Assembly (NCBI GenBank): GCA_965285935.1
Contig: OZ260664.1
Coordinates: 68,758,001-68,822,000 of the forward strand
Length of the DNA: 64,000 nt
Direction: 5' to 3'
DNA from: Ophelia neglecta
Taxonomy: Eukaryota
In this document: piece after piece, positions 53,781 through 64,000 of the stretch
How the letters are laid out: every line of letters starts with the position of its first letter
Numbering within the stretch: the first letter of the stretch is position 1
Notes under the pieces: generated by a model
The model's input: the letters and a program-made list of their open reading frames with translations, nothing else
What the model was told of the DNA's origin: nothing
Databases searched by the model: none
Program-made: the position numbers and the translations under genes

Positions 53781-56700
53781 CTGGAATGAAGGCAAAGCTA
53801 TTAATGTTATATAACGTTTCAATTAATAACTTGGTAGTACAATCAGATAGATAACCATGTGTGTATTGGACGCATGCATTTTTCATATTATCAATATTCA
53901 TACCTGCGCTGTGCGCATTCACACAGCTAGGTGAGTCATATTCAAACCGAACATATTCTCACTATCAGAAATGTAAAGGTAGGCCTTAACACAATACATT
54001 GTCATTATCTGGTTCACTATTCTACCAGTTGGGACCTTACAGATTTGTTTGCAAAGACATGGGCAGACAAACTGGTAAACTCTTCAACGTATCTGAACAC
54101 AAACAAAAACTGTAATCGGCCCCGAGTGCCTAAAGTAACAAGATGAGAAGTAAACGGGCGGTGTAACCGAGATTGTACCATGTAAAGGTTTACCGACAGG
54201 GGGTAGTGTACTATGAATAGGTGAATGATAAAATTTGAGGGGGCTTTTCTATCGCATTTATTTAAATCATATGATATACCCTTTCCAAAACCCCGTCTCT
54301 ATAACCTATGGTCGGTTACGTTTTTCAATATGTTTACTATAGCAGCTTGACATATGATAATCTGATATACCAAACACGTTGACACTTTCATGTCAGCTGT
54401 CACTAATTAATAAGGTGATACATTTTCAGATTCATTACTCATAGACAAATGAGTTACCTAATTGAATGATACACCTGCACACAGGTGATTCATTGTTTTG
54501 TCAATAGTTCAATAGCTCATTGGTAACCCGCTTTTGATTGTTCTTTGCCCATCAATAGCCAATCGATTGAACTCCCCCGCCAGGTACAACGCCACGCATA
54601 TTGTGATATATTACGATCATATTAAATACACATAGCCACAGTAACCTCAAACATTGCAGAAGTCCGTTCGCTTATTGAATAAACAGCATATTTTTAATCC
54701 TAAATCAAAGCCTATTAATAGATCTGATTTAATCATGTCAGAATCCATCAATGATTGATTTGTTTTCTTGCGTAACATGACGTTTGGCGGGAATCAATAA
54801 CTGTCGCTTCTGAATTGAGATGGCAAATGAATAATGCAAACACCTAGCTTCACCTGCTTCAATTTGGTCAGACCTATAATGGAACTGGCAATAACTATAT
54901 CAGAGTCCACCCCTACGAAGATATTGTTGCACTAATGCCATAAAACAAACACAATTAACCATTGTCCCATCGCGGCTAATCCGGAGTCTATTACTTGTGG
55001 TACTGGCGTAGTTTTTTAAAATTAAGAACTAGGTTTTTGCTTTCAGAGGAAGATAGATATCTGCCAAGGACAAGGAAAATGACTGATGAGGGCCTGAAAA
55101 AAAACTAACGTAGAAAATCCGTAATACTATTTCAACATGTATGCACCACCAGCCTGTCAGAACATGCATATGAAATCGACTGGAAATGGGAAATGAGAAA
55201 TAATGACTTGGCGCACTCGACTAATACAGGCCTTTTTTGCAATCGTGTTTTTAGCAGACGTGGGATATAATGAGCAGGCTTTGCGTCAGAGATCGTTCAG
55301 ATCCGGTGATCATATTCATATTATTTATATTTATTTCTTAGTATTTATTATACTGGCTGCAACCTTACTTCCGACACATGGTGATTAATGTTTATGTAAC
55401 ATTTGTCCTCTAAAACTCAGGGCAATTCAGGCAGAGTTTATTTATGAAGTCTTTATGTTAATTAACAAGACTTTCAGTTCAATCCATTTGATAAAGAATA
55501 GGTAGAAATTGTGCACACATATATATAGGGTTAAAGGGATGTATGATTCGATAAATAACAAGGTGTGGGTTGAGAAGGCGAATGCTCAATGGATATAGGC
55601 TTAAACATTTATTTTGTGTATTTCCCTCATCCGCCCCCCCCCCTTCCCCACCCCTTGGACATTTATTTCTTATGATGTCAACACATTTAAACACATATGC
55701 AATAAGCCTTGGCACGCCTTCGCCCAGACATCAGAACTGACCAAGCACTTCCCATTTACCTTTCCCACAGTGTTTGAAAAAAAAGTTGGCAAATTATAGG
55801 AAGCGGATTTTTTTCTCAATTTACATATACTTTGGCTAAATGTTCTATGAGGTGGCTCTCTTTCAATTTCCCGTCCTTTACTCATTTGATCATCATACTA
55901 TAATTATTCATACTATATATATAGTTATAATGATCTCGAGACGTACGACAGTACACAATTACCGCATTCAATGAACAAAGTGTCGCAGCTCTCTGTGTAA
56001 CTGCTCGTGGATATTGTCCACCTGCTTACAGGACAAATAAATAATGCAACTATTTCCGGCAGCTGCTTCTTAGCAATCCAGGGACAAAGATGCTTAGAAA
56101 CTGCAATACAAGGGAATATTTCTCGGAATGTTTGGATCAAAGGCACATATAAATGGCTAATAGCGTTACGGGACGACCTGTGTTCAATATTAAACAATTA
56201 ACTAATAATAAGGTTGCCAAGGTGACAGACATTCGCTCCAGGGGATTCCAATTTGGCCTGCATTCAAAGGTTATTGCTACATTTGTGTGAGATAAATAAT
56301 GATAAAATTAAGTTAATATTTCATTTATATGGTACTAAACATAAATACAGAAACTACGAAAACATCTTGGCACACACTCTTTCCAATCAGACTCTTTCGA
56401 AAACTCTTCTTTTCAGATGGCGCCCCTGTGAGTTTGTGTACCACGCCATGACAACCACCGATGTTCAAAGTAACTATTCTTGGAGGTAACAATTCTAGAT
56501 TGGAGTTAGCTATACATTTCTCGGATAAACCAGATGCCCCATATGAGTTGCAAACATCTGCCACAGACGGTACTAAGTCTTCTAGATACTTCTATGTGTT
56601 CTCCTTATGTAAGGACACCATCTGTGGTCAACGCCTGTGAACAGAGGTAGGCATTCGCTCTGTCAAGCCTGAATTAGACAGAAGGTGGGTTTTTGGTGGC

Positions 56701-57299
56701 ACTCACGCAATGTGGGTGTAAGACCAGACAACAGCCGAGGTTAAAATCTATCTGATTACCACCTAAACCTACCTCTAGTTCCTCTATCGCGCTGGGATGC
56801 CTATTTACTTAGATATATATCGGTGGAATCGAGGTGATGATGGTTGAAATCACGGGGGTCCCTAAAAATCTGTTCTGATGAACATCTGTTCTGTTACCAC
56901 CTTAATCTGGCTGGCACAATAACCTTATAAGAACAGATCAGCCTATAAACTTATTGCCGTTTGCCATCAGATCATCTACTAGAGACCACTTGATGGACCT
57001 GTATGTGGTGGACACAATTATACTGTCCCAATATAACTTTTATTATTTTCTTTATATTTGGGCGCCACAATTTTTAGTTGGGGACCCCTGAAATCACCTT
57101 TGGCTACAAGTCAACAATGAAAGCGATGCCCGTATAGGCACAAACACTATTATGTCTGAAGATTTATCGTCTAGGCGAAATAACACCGAAAAGGTGAATG
57201 GATGGCGGAAAGCATTTCTTCATACATTATCTCGGCAGCTGTTAGCGGTAGTATTTACTTCAGATCCATCACAAGATACGGGGCAAGATCACCGACACA

Positions 57300-57900
57300 G
57301 CATCAGTCATTGTAGCGTATTACAGAGACGGATCTCGATGGAGGAGAAGGGGCCAAACCCTCCCAAGCCCACCCTCCCATCAGTGCCACCAAAACCATCA
57401 ACACCCCTACACTAACCTCCACGTACCCTCTTAAGGGTGTGTGAAGGGTGTTTCCTCCAATAGGGGGCTCAAGGGGCTCAGAACCCCCCCCCCTTCTCCT
57501 TTGGAAGAAGACCCCCTTCACACTACCTAACCACGCTAGCGTACCCTCCCTCGTCTGATGCACTGGCTCCGCCAGCTTAATATCACCTGCCTGGTCACCG
57601 ACAGGGGCAAACACAATACCACAATGTACTAATTCGGATAATCCACTCACTGGCTCGACACCTTTGGTCTTCCTGTGACTCTCAAAGGACTCCAATCCCG
57701 GCCTAAATCCCGTGGCAGACGGTCATGATTCATCAGCAGATAGCCCCTGAGACGCCTGACACGAGCCAGGGACGGTGACTAGGGCCCGGATGTGGGTTTT
57801 TTCATACCAGTCCACAATACCTGCCTTCCCAGAGACTAAACCTGTCGGACGCTACTATACCACTGGAGTGCGGTGAGCAGGGTGACGCAGGCATTACACT
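57300..57900 (-). mobile_element. Ty3/Gypsy integrase C-terminal fossil
   Basis: SPCSPHSSGIV..R, RYC, DWYEKTH..QASQGLSADE, KLAE..Q..AW, VLMVLV and RFGPF resemble YHP.S.G..ER, DWDE.VH..QESLGFSPFEL and the GPY/F motif. Confidence 0.4.
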
Positions 57901-60900
57901 AAGTATACTGGTGCGGTAAAATAGAATATTCAATATACAGTCAGTAGCATTTCGGCTTATTGGTTAATTCCCGATAAACTAGCCCGGATATTCAATAAAT
58001 ATCCTCACCTATTCTGTACTAGTATTTTCCATTCTCGCATTTCTAGAGTGTGTATCAAAATACTTTTCTTACCGTCAATTATGTCAAAATACTCACGTGT
58101 AAGTCTGTTATTCGTTTAACCCTTGCATATAAGCCTATGGCCCACACACAAAAATGTGTCACAGAATTGCTGACCTTTTTATTATTTAGATGGCGTTGCC
58201 GATGTTTTTATTATTTAGATGACTCGGTTGCCTGCCTCCTATTGGGTTGTCAGTAAGTTTATTAATAAGGATATCGTTTTAATGTTACTGTGGCCAATTC
58301 GGCGCCAATCAATAGGACTACCTGTCAATACGGTCTGTGTTCTGAGCTGGAGGCCACACTCCAGCGCGATGGTCATTTCTGAGGGCTGTCATAATTTTGT
58401 TGACCAGCGCACAGACTAATAATCTGTCACTTTATATGATTGATGACACACTGAAATCAATATGCGTGTTTTCTTTGGCAATAACATAAATACCATTACT
58501 TATTAAGCAGCCATGAAAACTCCATCAAATTCGTGTTAAAGCTGCATAGGGGGAGTTATTATTTTTTCTGTTTGTGGCAGAATCCTGGGGGATCAAGTCC
58601 AAACGTGACCTTGCTGACAATGACCACGATTTCTCGTGTTTGTTTGTTGTAGAAGGCTCCTGCAGGGTTTGTCGGTAGAAAGAAGCCAGCAGGTGCTGCT
58701 CACGTGCTTTTATAAGTAGGTCAAGGGCACTTTCGTCATCGCTAGCGTTCACAACTCAGGACTTCTTTTGCTTCGGTCAACGAGAAATGGCGGGATAAAA
58801 GAGAATTGTTCACATAAATGTTTGGCAGCACTTTTTATAGAGTACTTGCATTTGTTCTAAGCGCGTTTTAAGTGGTTCTTCTACTAAGCTTCATGTGACC
58901 GGAGCAGTATGCTAGCATCGATGTGCCAATCCAGCGGCTGATAATAGAATTTCGCCATTGGCTGAGTGTAAGAGGTTGTTTATATAGCTCATCAAGTTAA
59001 AAAACCTGGGAGTACACATTTGAATTAAACTTACAAGTTTTAATTTTCAAGCAAAAATGGTTCCGTTTCACTGCTTTAATATGATTACCCTAGATTTAAA
59101 TCCACTTATTATAACGTTATCAAATAATGCAATTTTTAACCAAACATGTCCGCAATGGTGTTCGCGTGTCACTGAAGTTATCCTCGCGACCGACATCAAA
59201 CAACGCCCTTAGTCACAAGCACCAGTCGCGTGTTTTCCCAGAGATTGTTTTACTAGTAAATACTTTTACACAAATCGTAAGCCCTACTACTGAGCCCTTG
59301 AAGCATGAAACCCGTTAAAGCTTTTAAAATATATCGACGATGTTGTTATATTCTCTAAAGCACCATGATTAAACCCGACATGAGCGATGTGGTTCAACGG
59401 CCTATGGAAACATGTCGGCCCTGAAGCCATATTATTTATAAACAGGTTATTTAATTTAAAAAATAGAGCCGTACAATTGTCTATAGGCCTAGGCCTCTAT
59501 GTATCCTGACACGTCTTGATGAGCGGATGTGTCAAAAAGAACGGCGTCAGACATGTGTTTTGGCACGTGATTCGTACTTCCAGCCATAATGCTAGCTGTT
59601 ACAATGGAGCTCTTTCCTAGAACACATATAGCCTATAGGAAAGATTTCCTGGGGCTATTTTATATTGAAGGTCACATGGGAAGTACAGTTGTGCCATGCA
59701 GGGTGTCCAAGGATAATTTTTTTTATGAATAATTGAACAATTTAAGTCACCGCTTATTGTAATAAGAGAAAACTGAAGTTCAGCAAATACACACTGTTTG
59801 GAAACCCGCGCCAGCGACAGGTTTGTCATGTGAGTGTTAAGCATCTGTTACGCTGAGCTTCAAGTCTTCTAACCCTTCATAAACCTTTGTATAGGAAGCA
59901 TTTGTTGGACAAAATGGCTCTTTTAAGGTTTTTCGCTGAAATGAACAAATTCGCGATTATTTTCAGAGAACCGCCTATGCACGCGGCACGAGGACTTCCT
60001 CTATTACTGACCACACTGGACACGCGTGAAGAGTGCCTTGGGCAGGGATGTGTCGTGCCAGGAGAGTGGGGCTTGAGGGTGCTAACAGTGTGACCACTGA
60101 CCTCTCCAGCTGGCCTGGGCGGAGGTCACGGCATGATGTGTCACAGTGTCGTCTGTACGGGATTACCACGAGCTCAGGAAAATGGAGGGGGGAGGAACGG
60201 CGGTTAGAGTGGGCCACATTTACCAACAGGAGATAATCAGAGCACAAAGGGTGTATAACTCACTGAACTTCATGGCACTGCCATGCAACGGGCACAAAAT
60301 AATTTAACAAAATACATGTGTATTGCACTGATATATTACATAAAAAATAATATGCTAGGCGACGTTTTTTTTCGAAAAAATAATACGCTCCTATAAGAAG
60401 GAATTTGTTATTTTACTAATCATATGGTACATTAAGTATTACCTATCTATATTTATTAACCGTTCGGCGATGTAAGCGAAACTAGTCTATATACGCAACG
60501 CTACATAAGGCTACAGATTTCGTCCCGATGTTCTAGGTTTAATTTGCAAGGTATACATAATACACGTGGTGTTATTTAGCACGCATTTGGAAACGTGATA
60601 AACGTTACCCCAGTCACCAGAGCTGTGGAACATAAAGTACAATCAATGGCGCCCATGGATGTAAGGAAATTTACGTTTTGACTAAATGAAAATCTCCCGA
60701 GGTTATGTGTTCCAAATTTACATTGTCACTCTCTACGGGTGATTGCCAGTGACACTGAGTGGCGAGCGTCTGGCAATCGTAATTGTGTGTTTAGCGTAAA
60801 AACCTCCTGAGTTTCTATTTTGTACCACCGGGCGACACGTGCTTCTGATGAAACCAGAGTGTAAATTCATGTCCAATTACACTTATAAAGGAAATATTTT

Positions 60901-63900
60901 GACAACTAATAGCATTATCAATTATAATTTATTGATGAAGAGGCCATCATAATAAAACTTCAATACCAGGAAAAGTGGGAAATTATTAAAATAGACATTT
61001 TACAGAGATGTTTCAAAAGGACGGGGTAGGAGTAACTGTACATTTAAAAATTCTAGCCACTTAAGCCACATGTTCCATGGCAGTTGTATCTGTCCAGGCG
61101 ATATGTGTAGTAATTGACTCAGCATAAGTGACTACTGGTCTTGTTATTTTCATCTCCGAGTTCGCTTGATGCGAAATTGGACAATTACTGCCAATAATGC
61201 CACAATGGGCTGTTGTCACTTCCTAAAGCTTGGCTATTGCCAAAGTAGCGACGGGTCAGGGAAAACTCGGACTAATTTTGACCTCGCCAGGACAAGTTCA
61301 TACTGGTAGTCTGGCCACATGTGTGCCTCTATACCGCCACAGTCACGAGATTAAATGGCTGAATCCGTGTACTAGCTGCTTCGTTTTGGCGGGGTCTAGC
61401 TGTCTTTAGTAACGGGGTATATATCCCTTGGTCATATGGGAAGCCAGTCATAGTTTAATAGTTCAATTGCAAGATAACACAACAGCCCTGCCCTATCACT
61501 ATCCTAGCCAAACTGAACCTCAAACTAGAGCGGGAGGGGCGGGGGGGGGGGGTTCAAACAAAAACAACGAATGAAAAAACAATGCGGAGTAGTATAAAAC
61601 TGTAGACTTGTTTTTGTAGTTATAAAAAAACACATCTAGCGGCACGCGACTCTGTTTAACTGCTATTCGGTGACAATGGGGGATGGAGGAAAAAACCCAA
61701 TAAAGCAATGACTGTTTATACACCTTGATACTTTTTTAATAATGCATTAAATGATAGTGCATCGACATAAAAGAACTGCGCACGTCGACCACAAATCGCA
61801 TTGTAAGCGGGTTTGATGTGTTTACATTAGGGCAATGGCAAAAAATGAGCCGTTTAAACCGTAAGCAAGGTTCGTGACAGAACATGGATTATAGCTGATA
61901 AAGGATGGTTACAATTTCACGAATATGGCATTGTTGTACGAAATGAATACCAAATAAAAGCCGGCATCCGATAAAAAACAGTTTGTGTTTGAAGAAGCTA
62001 CCAGTTCATGATAAATGTGTATAAGGGAGAGCTAAGCGGACTGATACAATAAAGTAGGTCCTAAGATTCACAAGCGGCCAGGGGCATGTCACCCACTACC
62101 GAGACTAGCTGATTACGCCGGGAGACTAACCTCATCAGGGTCAATGTCGCACATTTCAATTGCAAATAGAGCTACTTTGAACATCACAGTTGGTAAATGG
62201 GACACTCGCAGCGGTCCCAAGGGCAATTAATCACCCAAAGAAATCGAAATTTCTTTGTTTTTCCACTAGAATGTGACAGGCGATACATAAATTTATTTTC
62301 AGAACAACAAGCTCTATTGTAAGAAATCTGTCACTTCCAGTTATCGTTCACCGGGGATTGTCTGAATAATCCTAGAAATCATGGTAATAAAATTAAACAT
62401 TCTGTAACGATAGTTGGCTACAAGCAGATCGCAGTGATGAAATCCATAATTGTTATTTATAATTGCAAAACATCTGCGGGAGAAACATCTCCATTCGATG
62501 AAGCGTACCACCACTCGCCTTTCTCTGATTGGGCTGTCAGACTGAATCACAGCCTGTCAATGAGAACTTAACAGACTTACGGCAAATGTGATAAGACGTG
62601 GTGTTTTTCCCAAATAGTTGATAATAATTCGTTGTCATCTGTTTGGCCAAAGAGGCCTGCAGGCCGAATTTCGCTGTTGTCTAATGCTCAAGGTGAATGG
62701 GTTAATACTGTTCAATGAAATCTTCTTGCCTTCATTCTATATTTCAATTTATAAGTGAACCTTGAAGCTATAGGCCTATTTATAATATGGTTAGGTATTA
62801 TGACTGTACACAGCATAAACTAACAAAAAGGGCTTAACATAATTATTAGCGTTACAACCAGAGCCTTCATATCATAAATAATCCGATACGAGCAGCGCAA
62901 GTGTTCAAAAACCTAGAACTTATACAAGTGCAAAGACTAAACAGGAAACTCCGAGTTGAACCCGGAGTTCGACTTTATGCTATTTTGCTTCTACCGGCGG
63001 TTATTGTATTGCATATTTCGCATTCAAAACAACGGCCAAGAAGATCAAACAACCGGGAGATTATCATATGAGCAGAGGAGGAGCAATTATATTAATCTTG
63101 AGCCTTAAAACAGTCCCGAGAGGTTGACAAGGTGGAGTTAACGAGGCCATTATGGGCAAAGTTCGTGTCGAGAATGAATCGGCGACAATCGCCAGGGGGT
63201 TTTAACAGGCAGGAGAAGGAGTTCTCAGCCATCTTTAACGTTTGTTGCTATGCAGGAGAATCGTTTTTGCGTTAAACATAATATAACTATTTGAAGTTAA
63301 ATGTTAAACCAATTCACCTAAAAATGTACAGCATTATACTAGTAATGTTACATCTCATTTTGAAGTCAGTCAAATATTAAAATCCTAACGGTAGGCTTGT
63401 TCGTACAAGATGGTCACTGCTGAAATTGCCATTCCCTTTGTTTTATTCACTGCGAAGTTCGTGCCGAGATAGACATCAGGGCTAATCACAGGTGAACCGC
63501 AGGTGAGTTGTAGATAATTAAAATAGATGAAGCGAGATGATTATGGTGATCGAGGAAACAAGCGGACATGTTGGCACGTGGTCTAAAGAAGGCTGGACAA
63601 CGCATGCTGACGGAAACCGCAAGTTTACTCCCCAGGGGGCACTGCCAACGTGTAAAAACAGGACGGGCTTTGTCAACTGGAATCACCCGCATATTTCGTC
63701 CATACGGTAACAGAGGGTTTACAAGGTAGACCATGTCCCTCTTCATTGACACGCGAGGGTTCAGATTATTATAAAGAAAATGGCGCCATAGAATAGTAGC
63801 AAGAGTGCCACTCATTACAGCAAATATATATACTTTTGTAATAACTTTCAATAGTTTGAACAGATTCCTATTAAATTCAAATTGTTTCAAATTTGATAAA

Positions 63901-64000
63901 ATATATTGGGATTTTCATTTGTTGTTTAACTAGGAAAAAATATTCACTTAAGCTACTTTTCGTGAAAAAAGCCAAAGACGAGATTATTCTTACGTGTTTT

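Noticed and set aside
45000-64000. Short 60-130 aa ORFs in the upstream region
   Set aside because: No recognisable domains, many non-ATG starts, and lengths expected by chance. One (57303-57695) is better explained as an integrase fossil.

Overview
Eukaryotic (invertebrate-type, about 39% GC) genomic DNA, not a prokaryotic locus. The only host coding sequence I can support is the 5' end of an NCAM/Fasciclin-2-like Ig-superfamily gene on the minus strand: a signal-peptide exon (44188-44504, ATG at 44260) spliced in frame to the first half of an Ig domain (32843-33005). I found no next exon, so positions 1-32842 are probably one intron of more than 32 kb. The introns hold one young, 5'-truncated LINE (7557-11689, RTE-X-like, one frameshift, 6-bp TSD), three MITEs and a 20-bp minisatellite. 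They also hold many heavily decayed transposon fossils recognised by eye from colinear motifs (Ty3/Gypsy, DIRS/Ngaro, CR1/L2, hAT, possibly Sola and Kolobok). The most interesting object is a fossil envelope-bearing Ty3/Gypsy (errantivirus-like) element at about 15020->7419 (RNase H, integrase, class-I/F-type env, PPT). Its env frame rejoins exactly when the LINE and one TSD copy are removed. A second env-like fossil lies at about 820-2090. All fossil calls rest on manual motif reading and need HMM confirmation.
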